Assembly (NCBI GenBank): GCA_035639455.1
Contig: DASQXY010000030.1
Coordinates: 1-41,500 of the forward strand
Direction of reading: 5' to 3'
Length of the DNA stretch: 41,500 nucleotides
DNA from: Chthoniobacterales bacterium
Lineage (GTDB): Bacteria > Verrucomicrobiota > Verrucomicrobiia > Chthoniobacterales > UBA10450
Shown here: positions 26,169 through 35,729 of the stretch, one piece after another
How the letters are laid out: the number at the start of each line of letters is the position of its first letter
How positions within the stretch are numbered: the first letter of the stretch is position 1
Notes under the pieces: model-generated
What the model saw: the letters and a program-made list of their open reading frames with translations, nothing else
What the model was told of the DNA's origin: nothing
The model's database searches: none
Translations under genes and position numbers: made by a program

Positions 26169-27869
26169 ATGGGTCTGGCTGAGTACAAGCGAAAACGCGA
26201 CTTTGCCAAAACGGCTGAGCCGAAAGGCGGCAAGCCGTTGCCGAAAAAGATAAAAGGCGCATCGCGCTTCGTGATTCAGAAACACGACGCCAGCCGGTTG
26301 CATTACGACTTCCGGCTGGAGATGGACGGCGTGCTCAAATCGTGGGCTGTCCCGAAAGGTTTGCCGTGGGCGCAAGGCGAAAAACATCTGGCGGTAGAAG
26401 TGGAAGATCACCCCGTCGAGTACGCGGGCTTTGAGGGAGTGATTCCCGAAGGACAATACGGGGGCGGTACGGTGATGCTGTGGGACCGCGGCAATTATCA
26501 TGTCTACGGTGAGGAGCCGCTGAAGTCCTGGCGCGAGGGCAAGCTGCATCTGGTGCTCGACGGCGAAAAAGCCAAAGGGGAGTGGACGCTTGTTCGCATC
26601 CGCGGGCGCGACGGCGAAAAGAACCAGTGGCTGATCTTGAAAACGGGCGGGAGCGCGAAACCACTTGCAAAAAGGCGCGACGACGAGTCGGTCACGACCG
26701 GGCGAACAATGCGGCAAATCGCTGAGCAACGCGATGCCGAGTGGCAATCGAATCGTGAGGAGAGTGGCGACGCAAGATCGATATTAAAGTCGCGCATCAA
26801 AGATGCATTACGCAAGCACAGAGCAGCCGCGCCCGGCCGCGAACTCAGCAAGTCAGCGGCTGCGAACGACCTCGACCAAGCGATTATCGATCTTCCAACC
26901 GCAAAACCCCGGTTCATTGAGCCGATGAAGCCAAAGCTTCTGGATCAACCGCCGAGCGCGGGCGATTGGCTCTACGAACTCAAGTTCGACGGTATTCGCG
27001 CGATCGCGGTGAAGGAGGGCGGGAAGGTGAATCTAATCTCGCGCAATGAACATGAATTGCGCGGCCGTTTTCCCGAAATTGTAGGAGCACTGAAAAACCT
27101 GGCGATAGACGAGTGCGTAATCGATGGTGAAGTGGTTGCGCTGGACGAGGAGGGTCGGTCGTCGTTTCAGCTTTTGCAGGCGCTCGAGATGGAAGGGCGG
27201 AAATCTCCTGTCCGGTTCTACGTCTTCGACTTGCTCCAACTCAACGGCAAAAGCCTGCTCAAATTTCCGCTTGTTCGGCGCAAGGAATTGCTCGCGCAAA
27301 TTTCCGCTGCTGCACTGGAGCCGATCCGCTATTCGGGCGAGATCGCCGGGGACGCAAAGGCGTTACTAGCGGAGGTAAAAAAGCGCGGCCTCGAAGGTTT
27401 GATCGGGAAACTGCGCGACTCAGCTTACGAACCGGGACGCCGCAGCGGCACCTGGATCAAACTCAAGTGCGTGAGCGAACAGGAGTTTGTCATCGCGGGC
27501 TACACGCCACCGAGCGGATCGCGGAAATATTTCGGGGCGATTCTGGTCGGTTATTATGAAGGGGGTTCTTTGAAGTTCGCCGGCAAAGTTGGCACCGGCT
27601 TCAACGCGAAATCGTTGGCGATGTTGCACAAGAAATTTCAAGCGGAAGCGCACGATGATTGTCCGTTTGTTGATCTTCCATCGAAGGAAGGTGGCCAGTG
27701 GGCGCAAGGCATCACGCCTTCAGTGATGAAGAAGATGCATTGGGTAAACCCAAAACTTGTTGCGCAAATTAAGTTTTCCGAGTGGACCCGCGACGGCAAA
27801 CTGCGTCAGCCGGTGTTCCTCGGACTGCGCGAGGACAAAGACGCGCGCGAAGTCACTCGGGAAAGCTGA
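26169..27869 (+). CDS. ligD: two-domain DNA ligase D: 3'-phosphoesterase (PE) domain plus ATP-dependent ligase domain, with no polymerase domain
   Basis: 566 aa. The N-terminus LAEYKRKRDFAKTAEP...FVIQKHDASRLHYDFRLE...SWAVPKG matches the LigD PE domain. The ligase motif I is YELKFDGIRAI, with OB-fold-length sequence after it. Confidence 0.88.
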   Translation: MGLAEYKRKRDFAKTAEPKGGKPLPKKIKGASRFVIQKHDASRLHYDFRLEMDGVLKSWAVPKGLPWAQGEKHLAVEVEDHPVEYAGFEGVIPEGQYGGGTVMLWDRGNYHVYGEEPLKSWREGKLHLVLDGEKAKGEWTLVRIRGRDGEKNQWLILKTGGSAKPLAKRRDDESVTTGRTMRQIAEQRDAEWQSNREESGDARSILKSRIKDALRKHRAAAPGRELSKSAAANDLDQAIIDLPTAKPRFIEPMKPKLLDQPPSAGDWLYELKFDGIRAIAVKEGGKVNLISRNEHELRGRFPEIVGALKNLAIDECVIDGEVVALDEEGRSSFQLLQALEMEGRKSPVRFYVFDLLQLNGKSLLKFPLVRRKELLAQISAAALEPIRYSGEIAGDAKALLAEVKKRGLEGLIGKLRDSAYEPGRRSGTWIKLKCVSEQEFVIAGYTPPSGSRKYFGAILVGYYEGGSLKFAGKVGTGFNAKSLAMLHKKFQAEAHDDCPFVDLPSKEGGQWAQGITPSVMKKMHWVNPKLVAQIKFSEWTRDGKLRQPVFLGLREDKDAREVTRES

Positions 27870-27885
27870 ATCGCTGGCGTGCCGT

Positions 27886-28821
27886 TCAGCCCCGGTCCGG
27901 CAGGGCTGCGATTGGTTCGACTGCTTGTCGATCCTTGATCGGCCGAAAGATGATCCACACGCCCGCGAGCACAAAGCCGGCTCCCAAGAGGAACAGCGGG
28001 GAAAACTTTTCGCCGCCCGCTAACCAACCGAGCACGACCGCGCCCGGCGGAGTAATTAATGAGATCGTTTGCAGATTCGTGACGCTCATCCGCGGTAAAA
28101 GCCAGTAGAGCAGTAGGAACGTGAGCGCCGAGCCGATCACTGCCAGGTAAAGCAAGCAAAAGATCGACGCCGTGCTCCAGTGAAAGCGAATTGGGTTTCC
28201 TTCAAACGTGAAGCCGATCACGACCAGCGGTGCGCTGCCAAAGATCATCTGCCACGCCGCAATCATGGCTGGAGCTAAGCGGAGACCGCGACGTTTGATC
28301 AGGATATTCGAGAAAGCGGCGCCGGCCGCGCCGAAGACAATCCCGAAGCCGCCCCAGAAAGCCAGGATTCCGCTGCGATCAAGCAAGCGGCCGCAGATCA
28401 GCGCCACGCCGCCGAGGGCGAGCAATGCGCCTGCGACGCGTTGCCAGCGCAGCGGTTCGTCCGGCAGGAGCCGGTGCGCAAAGAGCATTCCGAATATCGG
28501 AATAGTCGCCTGCAAGACGGCCGCCAACCCGGATGCGACGTACAATTCACCCCAAAAGAGCAGGGGATAATTCAGGCCGAACATGAGCAGACCGGTGAAC
28601 GCGAGAAGGAAAAAATCGGATCGGCGTAACGGAAGGAGCCGTGCCCGGCCGAGTGTCACCGCGACGAGGACGGCGATCGCTATCACAAAACGAATGGCGA
28701 CGAATGAAATCGGCGGCAGATCGCGCAGCCCGATTTTGATCGCGAGCCAAGTCGAGCTCCAGACGACGCACAGGACGATGTAAGCAGCAGCGATGGCAAG
28801 CTTCTTTGAGTGAGTCGGCAT
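27886..28821 (-). CDS. DMT-superfamily (EamA-like) transporter
   Basis: The ORF track gives 27886..29043, but its first 74 codons overlap the TPR gene end and are Arg-rich. ATG 28821 gives MPTHSKKLAIAAAYIVLCVVWSSTWLAIKIGL. There are about 10 TM segments in two EamA-type halves. Confidence 0.8.
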   Translation of the reverse strand: MPTHSKKLAIAAAYIVLCVVWSSTWLAIKIGLRDLPPISFVAIRFVIAIAVLVAVTLGRARLLPLRRSDFFLLAFTGLLMFGLNYPLLFWGELYVASGLAAVLQATIPIFGMLFAHRLLPDEPLRWQRVAGALLALGGVALICGRLLDRSGILAFWGGFGIVFGAAGAAFSNILIKRRGLRLAPAMIAAWQMIFGSAPLVVIGFTFEGNPIRFHWSTASIFCLLYLAVIGSALTFLLLYWLLPRMSVTNLQTISLITPPGAVVLGWLAGGEKFSPLFLLGAGFVLAGVWIIFRPIKDRQAVEPIAALPDRG

Positions 28822-28996
28822 GGTTGATACTTTGCCGCCTCGGGGCGCGCGGATTACGAGCGCATTGTTGCATCGAGATTGCAAACGATTACCGCTGCGG
28901 AGAGCGGCTTTATAGCAGCCCGTCTGCATCAGCTCTGGAGACGCGCGCCCTCGCGCTGCGGTCATCAGTGAAGGACGCGAGGATCGTCGCGATCGT

Positions 28997-30919
28997 TTAT
29001 TTCTTTGAGCTCTTCGGTGCCAGATCGGCGACGATCTTCTCAAAGCGCGGGTCGCCGCGCAGCGCGTCCCAGTAAGGATGTAGCTTCAAGTTGCCGTAGC
29101 TCAAGGTACTGGGAATTTGCAGCGTTGCCTGGATTTGCTGAATGGCGCGGTCTTTCTCGCCGCACCAAGCGTAGATTACCCCCAGATATTTCATCACTTC
29201 GGCCCCGTCGATCGAGTCTTTGGTGATGGGCAGTAGCTCGACGGCGTGCAGTCCCTCGCGCAGTGCATCTTCTTTCTGGCCGAGCGCGGCGTCGGTTAGC
29301 CCGAGGACCGTTACCCCTGGACCATAATCGGGTTGCTCTTTCACGCTGTTTGCGACTTCCTCGCGCGCTGCAAGGAACGCTGCTCGCGCGGCAGCGGCAT
29401 CACCGCGTGCACGCGCGGCTAGGCCCTCGCACCAGGAGCGCGGAAAATTCAAATCGACCGATGTGCCGCTCGGCGGCATGGCGGCCAGAGCTTGTGCAAC
29501 CGCCACCGGATCCCGTTCGCACAGCCCGAAGTAAAACCATTGCGCCGCGACGTCCGGTGCTTTTGCTGGATCTTCGGCCACGATCTTTCGGATGATTTCG
29601 TGTAATGGTCGTGTATCAGCTTTCCATTCAAGATCGACAAGCGCACGGGTGACCCGCGTGTCCAAGTCGCGCGGGATCAGCTCGAGAGCGCGATCCAGCG
29701 CGGCAGCCATGGCGGGAAACTGGCGGAATTCCTGATAGCTGAGCGCGATCTGTTGCAGCATGAAAAAGTTGCGCGGATCGAGCTCGAGCGCACGCTGTAG
29801 GCTGCGGGCTGATTCGTTCCAGAGCCCCTGGCGCCGATCCATGTAGCCGGTGAGCTCGAAGCTTTCCGAGTTGTTCGGCAGCGCGCGCTGCGCGAGTGCG
29901 AGTTCGTTCCGCGCGCGGTCGTAATCGAGATAACAGCGGTAGAAGAAATTCGCATGTGCAAAATGAGTCTCTCCAGCGTCAGGGCGCAGGCGAACGACCG
30001 CTTGCAGTGCCACGTCGGCCGCGGCTACACGCGCCGGCGTATGGTCGAGTCCAAAAAAGTAAAGATATCCGTGTGCCGCCGATAACTCGCAATAAGCAAG
30101 ATAAAAATTCGGGTCGCGTGCGATTGCCTGTTCAAGTAGCTGAACAGCTTCACGCAATTTCTCATTGATTTGACCGTTGAGAGAGATGGTTGCGATCAGC
30201 GCCTTTGCACGTACGTAAAGGCCATACGCAACCAGGTCTTTGGTGGGCTGTTCAGCGATCGCCGCTTTTTCTTTTGGCGAGACATTGGCTCGCAGCTCGG
30301 CGAGAATCCGCTGAACAACTTCATTTTGGATAGCAAACACGTCGGCAACGTTGCGCTCATACGTCTGCGACCAGAGACGGCCACCGAAGCGGGCATCGGT
30401 CAGCTGAGCGGCGACACGGACCTTGTCACCCGCCGGGCGCACGCTTCCCTCGACTACGTAAGCGACGCCGAGACTATCAGCGATTTCGCGAAGGTTACGC
30501 GTGCTGCCAGCAGCATAGCCGTTGACCGAAGTTCGGCTGATAACCTTGAGATCGGCCACTTTCGACAGCGCGCTGAGAATTCCACCCTGGACACCGTCGG
30601 CGAGGAAGGCGTTTTCCTGACCTTCGCTTAGGTTTTCGAACGGCAGCACCGCGATACTTTTATCCGGTAGCGGCTTTGGATTGCTCGTTTCCGTCGGCGT
30701 ATTGGAGCTAAGTAACTGCGGAGCGAGCTGCCGCGACAGGTACCAGAAGCCAAACCCGAGACCGATGGCCACCGCGGCTAACAACCCGATCATTAACAAT
30801 GGGTTACTTCGACGACCGGCTGCAAAATCGCTGTCCATCATCGGTGAGGAGTCCGGTTTGGTGCTGTTGAGATCAGCTGGCGCTTGGGTTCGCTCGAGCT
30901 CAGGGGTCGACAGATTCAT
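28997..30919 (-). CDS. membrane-anchored TPR-repeat protein with a TolB-N/FlgO-like periplasmic module
   Basis: 640 aa with one TM helix (LLMIGLLAAVAIGLGFGFWYL). SIAVLPFENLSEGQENAFLADGVQGGILSALSKVADLKVISRTS is the recurrent TolB-N-like module. Multiple TPR-like repeats run to the C-terminus. The start could instead be the internal Met pair (MMDSDF). Confidence 0.75.
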   Translation of the reverse strand: MNLSTPELERTQAPADLNSTKPDSSPMMDSDFAAGRRSNPLLMIGLLAAVAIGLGFGFWYLSRQLAPQLLSSNTPTETSNPKPLPDKSIAVLPFENLSEGQENAFLADGVQGGILSALSKVADLKVISRTSVNGYAAGSTRNLREIADSLGVAYVVEGSVRPAGDKVRVAAQLTDARFGGRLWSQTYERNVADVFAIQNEVVQRILAELRANVSPKEKAAIAEQPTKDLVAYGLYVRAKALIATISLNGQINEKLREAVQLLEQAIARDPNFYLAYCELSAAHGYLYFFGLDHTPARVAAADVALQAVVRLRPDAGETHFAHANFFYRCYLDYDRARNELALAQRALPNNSESFELTGYMDRRQGLWNESARSLQRALELDPRNFFMLQQIALSYQEFRQFPAMAAALDRALELIPRDLDTRVTRALVDLEWKADTRPLHEIIRKIVAEDPAKAPDVAAQWFYFGLCERDPVAVAQALAAMPPSGTSVDLNFPRSWCEGLAARARGDAAAARAAFLAAREEVANSVKEQPDYGPGVTVLGLTDAALGQKEDALREGLHAVELLPITKDSIDGAEVMKYLGVIYAWCGEKDRAIQQIQATLQIPSTLSYGNLKLHPYWDALRGDPRFEKIVADLAPKSSKK

Positions 30920-31138
30920 TTGGTTCGGGAGGTAACTGCTGGGGATGCTCTTGGTTCGAATTCAGCCGGCCACTGTGTGGCCAGGAGGCGGTTAATACGC
31001 TTAAAGCAAAATACGTTCCACCAACAGGAGTCTCTCCTGACGAGTACTCCCGCGTTTCAGCGCGCCGGAAAAGCTTCCCATTTGACAGAATTTTTTCCGC
31101 TCGGCTCGAAAGTAGCTCTCCTTGCTCAACATCCGGAA

Positions 31139-34100
31139 GTGAGTGCGTTCATAGGGGAGCTGCGCGACCGGCCTGTCCGGCAAAAAATCACGCTCGCGAT
31201 TATGGGGATCGCTGGCGTGGTGCTCTTGCTTGCTTTCTTCGCTCTGTTCTGGTTCGAGGCGTACACATTGCGGCAGCGTTCCGCTCACGAACTCGCCGTC
31301 GTTGGCGATATCACTGCCCATAACTGCGCTGCCGCCGTGATGTTTAAGGACGAGGATGCGGCCGCCCAAATCCTCGATGGCCTCAAGACGATGCCGCAAA
31401 TCGTGAGCGCGCGGCTTGAGCTGAACGATCAACAGCGGTTGGCCTTTTTTGGAGCCGCAAAGGAGGAAGCTGATATACGGACCCTGGGGCTGAGATCGGG
31501 CATTCGGATCAACGGCGATCGTATCGTCCTCGCCCAGCCGGTTAAAGTTAACGCTAAAACAGAAGGGACTCTATACCTGTTAGCAGACCTGCACGCCACG
31601 ACGGCGCAGCTGTTGAAGCTCTACGCCGGAAGCTTTGCTCTGGTTCTGCTTGCCTCGCTCGTGGTGGCCTTCGTTCTCTCAAGTCAGTTTCTGCACTTCA
31701 TCACCGATCCAATTCTCCAACTCGCGCGGACGGCGCGTCGAATCGCCGGGAACAAGGACTACTCGGTTCGCGCAACGAAGTTTTGTGCCGATGAAGTGGG
31801 CGTTTTGACGGATGCCTTCAACCAAATGCTGGCTCAAATCCAGTCCCAAGACAGCGCGTTGCGCCAGGCGGAAGAAAGATATCGTGGAATTTTTGAGAAT
31901 GCGGTAGTCGGCATTTACCAGACGACAGTCGAGGGTCGGTATTTAGCGGCAAATGCAGCGGAGGCTCGGATTTTCGGCTACGACTCGGTCGAGGAGTTGA
32001 TGGCCAGCGATCTCGACCTGAATCGAAGTTGTTACGTCGAGCCGAGGCGCCGTAAGGAGTTCATCGATCTCGTTAATAAGAAGGGGTTTGTTTCCCGGTT
32101 TGAATCTGCAATTTGGCGCAAGGATGGCAGCATCGTCTGGATTGCAGAAGAGGCGCGCGCTCTTCGTGACACGACTGGAAAGTTGATTGGCTTCGAGGGG
32201 ATGAACATCGACATCACAGAGCGAAAGCGAGCCGAGGAAGAGAGCACGCTCATGCACACGACTACACTCGCGATCAGTGAGTCGACGGACTTCAAAACGG
32301 CTCTCGCGGCCGTGTTGCAGAACCTGTGTGAGACTACCGGTTGGCTGCTTGGTCAGGCTTGGGTCCCGCGGGCAGACGGCAGCGTTCTGGAATGCATAGC
32401 AGCCTGGGCCCAAAACGATGCGGCCATGGAAAAATTCCAGCGGGCGAGTGAGGGCCTCACCTTTCCTCGCGGCGTCGGCCTGCCGGGCCGCATTTGGGCG
32501 TCGAAACAACTCGCGTGGATCCACGATGTGACCGTTGATGCGAATTTCCCGCGTGCGGCGGATGCGCGCGAAGCCGGGCTGAAAGCCGCCGTGGGCATTC
32601 CAGTGATGACTGAGGAAGAAGTCGTCGCGGTCCTTGAATTCTTTGTGCACGATTCGCGCCGTGAAGACGAACGATTCGTCAAACTCATCTCATCCGTCGT
32701 GATTCAACTGGGTCACGTTGTGCAACGCAAACGGCTGGAGGAATCGTTGCGCGAAAGCGAGAGCAAACTGACCGAGGCACAACACATCGCGCACCTCGGC
32801 CATTGGGAGCGCGACCTGATTTCGGGTCGCATTATCTGGTCGGACGAAACCTACCGCGTGTTCGGTGTCTCTCCCGAAGAAAAGATCATTGGGTTTTCGC
32901 GCGTTGAGCAACTGATTCATCCCGAAGACCGACAAAAGGTGCTCCAAGCGTTCACGAAGGCCACTCGCGGCGGCGCCCGTTACGATGTCGAATACCGTAT
33001 TGTGTGGCCGAATAACGAGGTGCGTTTTGTCCATAGCCAGGGCGATATGATTTGCGACGAATCCGGTCAGCCGCGGCGGATGTTTGGCACGGTGCATGAT
33101 ATTACGGAACGCAAACGTGCCGAGGAAGCGCTCGGTCGCGCCGAACAAAAGTACCGCGACATGTTTGAAAATGCGATTGAAGGAATTTTCCAAACGACGC
33201 CCGATGGCAGGTATCTCAGTGTCAACCCGGCGCTCGCGCGCATGTATGGCTACGATTCGCCCGAGGAATTAACGCGCAGCGTGACCGATATCGGGAAGCT
33301 CATTTACGTGAATCCTGAGCGGCGCATCGAGTTCAAGCGGCTGATCGAAACCCACGGCTTCATCGAGGACTTTGAATACCAGGTATACCGCAAGGATGGT
33401 CGCAAAATCTGGCTGTCGGAGAATGCCCGCGCCGTCCGCGACGGTAAAGGAACGGTGCTTTACTACGAAGGGGCAGTGCAGGACATCACCGAGCGCAAAC
33501 GGGTCGATGAAGTTGAGCGGGTGAGTCGGGCAAAGAGCGAGTTTCTTTCTCGGATGAGTCACGAATTACGCACACCGCTCAATGCCATCTTAGGCTTCGG
33601 ACAATTGCTCGAGCGGCAGAGTGCAAACGAAGTCCAGCGCACGCGAGTGCGCCACATCCTCACTGCCGGCCGGCACCTGCTCGATCTGATCAATGAGATC
33701 CTCGACATTAGCCGGATTGAAGCCGGACGATTGCAGTTGTCTCTCGAGCCGGTTCGCATCGCCGACGCCATTGCCGAAGCTGTCGAGTTAATGCGGCCTC
33801 TGGCCGCGGAGCATCAGACGACCCTCTCAGCGCCCTCAACACCCGATCAAAGTGTCTACGTCATGGCGGATCGCCAGCGGCTGAAACAAGTCCTGCTCAA
33901 TTTGTTGACCAATGGCGTGAAATACACTCCGCGGGGAGGTGAGGTGGCGATCTCGTTTGAGCGATCCGCTCCGGACAGTGCCCGAATTATCGTGACCGAC
34001 ACCGGGCCCGGTATTCCGAGCGATAAAATCTCACGCTTGTTTACGGCTTTCGATCGCCTCGGGGCAGAACAATCGGGAGTGGAAGGCACCGGGCTCGGCC

Positions 34101-34690
34101 TCGCTCTTAGTCAACGGCTCATGCAGGCGATGCATGGCTCAATCGGCGTTGAGAGTACGCCTGGCCAGGGCAGCAGATTTTGGGTCGAACTGCCCTGTAC
34201 GAAATCGCCCCTGGAAAGGATTGCAAAGACCGCGCGCCCGGAAGGCGCACGCCTGTCCGGGAGAGAACGTACTATTCTCTATGTCGAAGATAATCTTTCG
34301 AACCTCACCCTAATCGAACAAATGCTGGCCGAAGAGCCGCAAATTACGCTGATCACAGCCATGCAAGGCCGCCTTGCGCTCGATCTCGCGCGACAACATG
34401 CGCCGGATCTCATTCTGCTCGATCTGCATCTTCCAGATATGCCCGGCTGGGAGGTACTTGCGGAATTGCAGCGGCACAATGCAACCCGGGGTATACCAGT
34501 TGTAGTGATCAGTGCCGACGCCACTTCCCGGCAAATCAAACGACTGATGTCTGCCGGCGCCCGCTCTTATCTGACCAAGCCGATCGACGTCGTTGAGTTC
34601 TTCCACGCGATTGAAACCACCGGTGCGCGAAACGGCAAGGCTCCCGCTGAAGCCACGACAAGTAATATCGCCCAGCCAACCCAAGCATGA
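31139..34690 (+). CDS. hybrid sensor histidine kinase: TM / periplasmic sensor (CHASE8-like?) / HAMP / PAS / GAF / PAS / PAS / HisKA / HATPase / REC
   Basis: The ORF track starts at TTG 30884, which overlaps the divergent gene. The in-frame GTG at 31139 (VSAFIGELRDRPVRQKITLAIMGIAGVVLLL) fits the usual short cytoplasmic N-terminus. The H-box is SHELRTPLNAILGF, and the REC has LILLDLHLPDMPG and TKPID. The start is uncertain (30884-31139); the stop is firm. Confidence 0.9.
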   Translation: MSAFIGELRDRPVRQKITLAIMGIAGVVLLLAFFALFWFEAYTLRQRSAHELAVVGDITAHNCAAAVMFKDEDAAAQILDGLKTMPQIVSARLELNDQQRLAFFGAAKEEADIRTLGLRSGIRINGDRIVLAQPVKVNAKTEGTLYLLADLHATTAQLLKLYAGSFALVLLASLVVAFVLSSQFLHFITDPILQLARTARRIAGNKDYSVRATKFCADEVGVLTDAFNQMLAQIQSQDSALRQAEERYRGIFENAVVGIYQTTVEGRYLAANAAEARIFGYDSVEELMASDLDLNRSCYVEPRRRKEFIDLVNKKGFVSRFESAIWRKDGSIVWIAEEARALRDTTGKLIGFEGMNIDITERKRAEEESTLMHTTTLAISESTDFKTALAAVLQNLCETTGWLLGQAWVPRADGSVLECIAAWAQNDAAMEKFQRASEGLTFPRGVGLPGRIWASKQLAWIHDVTVDANFPRAADAREAGLKAAVGIPVMTEEEVVAVLEFFVHDSRREDERFVKLISSVVIQLGHVVQRKRLEESLRESESKLTEAQHIAHLGHWERDLISGRIIWSDETYRVFGVSPEEKIIGFSRVEQLIHPEDRQKVLQAFTKATRGGARYDVEYRIVWPNNEVRFVHSQGDMICDESGQPRRMFGTVHDITERKRAEEALGRAEQKYRDMFENAIEGIFQTTPDGRYLSVNPALARMYGYDSPEELTRSVTDIGKLIYVNPERRIEFKRLIETHGFIEDFEYQVYRKDGRKIWLSENARAVRDGKGTVLYYEGAVQDITERKRVDEVERVSRAKSEFLSRMSHELRTPLNAILGFGQLLERQSANEVQRTRVRHILTAGRHLLDLINEILDISRIEAGRLQLSLEPVRIADAIAEAVELMRPLAAEHQTTLSAPSTPDQSVYVMADRQRLKQVLLNLLTNGVKYTPRGGEVAISFERSAPDSARIIVTDTGPGIPSDKISRLFTAFDRLGAEQSGVEGTGLGLALSQRLMQAMHGSIGVESTPGQGSRFWVELPCTKSPLERIAKTARPEGARLSGRERTILYVEDNLSNLTLIEQMLAEEPQITLITAMQGRLALDLARQHAPDLILLDLHLPDMPGWEVLAELQRHNATRGIPVVVISADATSRQIKRLMSAGARSYLTKPIDVVEFFHAIETTGARNGKAPAEATTSNIAQPTQA

Positions 34691-34749
34691 CCACATCATT
34701 ATTCGGAATGCACCAGCCCTGGCATTGTGACGTGAGCGCATTGTTCAAG

Positions 34750-35211
34750 ATGAAGATTCTCATCATTGACGATGAGCCGACGAATGTGGCGTTACTCCAG
34801 GACATGCTTTCGGAGGCGGGCTACGCACGGGTGAAGTCAATCACCGACTCGCGCATCGCGCTTGAGACCTGCGCCGCGTTCAATCCCGATCTGGTCCTGC
34901 TTGATTTAATGATGCCGCATGTCGACGGCTTCGCCATTCTCGATTCGCTGCGAGCGGCGCCGTCAGACATATTTTTGCCGGTAATTGTGTTGACGGCGGA
35001 CGTAACTGAAGAGACCAAGCGTCGTGCTCTCTGTGCCGGCGCGACGGAGTTCCTGGTCAAACCATTCGACCAATTCGAGGCCCTTCTGCGCATCGCTAAC
35101 GCCCTCGAGACGCGACGTCTGCACATTCTACTCGATAATCAACGCGCGGCGTTCGAAGACGCGGTACGCGCGCGAAGTCTCGAATTGCGCGAAGCGCACT
35201 CCAATCCGTAA
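34750..35211 (+). CDS. single-domain response regulator (REC plus a short helical tail)
   Basis: MKILIIDDEPTNVALLQDML...LVLLDLMMPHVDG...FLVKPFD. The ORF track starts at ATG 34687, which overlaps the kinase stop (ATGA). The 21 extra residues (MTTSLFGMHQPWHCDVSALFK) do not look protein-like, so either start is possible. Confidence 0.85.
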   Translation: MKILIIDDEPTNVALLQDMLSEAGYARVKSITDSRIALETCAAFNPDLVLLDLMMPHVDGFAILDSLRAAPSDIFLPVIVLTADVTEETKRRALCAGATEFLVKPFDQFEALLRIANALETRRLHILLDNQRAAFEDAVRARSLELREAHSNP

Positions 35212-35283
35212 GTCGCAGCGCGACTCGCTCCAACGCGAGCTTTGCATCTTGTTCCACGGGCGAGTTGCGTTACCGTGGTGCAG

Positions 35284-35532
35284 ATGAAATTCAAAGTGAT
35301 CGTCACGCCAAAGAAGGCGGTGCTCGATCCTCAAGGCAACGCGGTCCGCGACGCGATGCGCCATTTGGGTATGCCGCAGGTGCAAAGCGTGCGCGTGGGC
35401 AAATACATGGAGATCGATGTCAAAGCTGAAGATGTCGAGCTTGAAAAGCGCTTGCACGGCTTGTGCCGCGATTTGCTTTCCAATCCGGTCATCGAAGACT
35501 ACGAGCTTGAGAAAGTGGAAAGCCGAACGTGA
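35284..35532 (+). CDS. purS: phosphoribosylformylglycinamidine synthase subunit PurS
   Basis: The internal ATG of ORF 35242..35532 gives MKFKVIVTPKKAVLDPQGNAVRDAMRHLGMPQVQSVRVGKYMEIDV. This is about 82 aa and typical of PurS. Confidence 0.9.
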   Translation: MKFKVIVTPKKAVLDPQGNAVRDAMRHLGMPQVQSVRVGKYMEIDVKAEDVELEKRLHGLCRDLLSNPVIEDYELEKVESRT

Positions 35533-35729
35533 AAGCGCTGCGTTATTTCTTCTGCATCGTGTTGCCACCGGTCGCCGTTCTGATGACAGGCCGGATTGGC
35601 AGTTTTTTTCTCAGTTTGCTGCTCACGTTGCTGGGGTGGATTCCGGGAATCATCCATGCGGCGCTGGTGGTGAACGACTATCATGAAGAGCAACGCGCCG
35701 CACGACAGGCAGTGGCGCGCGCAATATGA
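35529..35729 (+). CDS. Pmp3/YqaE (UPF0057) family small membrane proteolipid
   Basis: 66 aa. FFCIVLPPVAVLMTGRIGSFFLSLLLTLLGWIPGIIHAALVV matches the family pattern ILPPLGV...LLTLLGYIPGxIHA as I recall it from E. coli YqaE. The GTG start overlaps the purS stop (GTGA), and the stop overlaps the purQ ATG (ATGA). Confidence 0.8.
   Translation: MKALRYFFCIVLPPVAVLMTGRIGSFFLSLLLTLLGWIPGIIHAALVVNDYHEEQRAARQAVARAI

Noticed and set aside
26097-26917. ORFs of 216, 137 and 111 aa antisense to ligD.
   Set aside because: Same reasoning. The ligD frame has clear PE and ligase motifs, and the antisense products look like frame artefacts.
35128-35568. A 146-aa ORF antisense to purS and the REC gene end.
   Set aside because: It overlaps two well-supported genes on the opposite strand and has no motifs.
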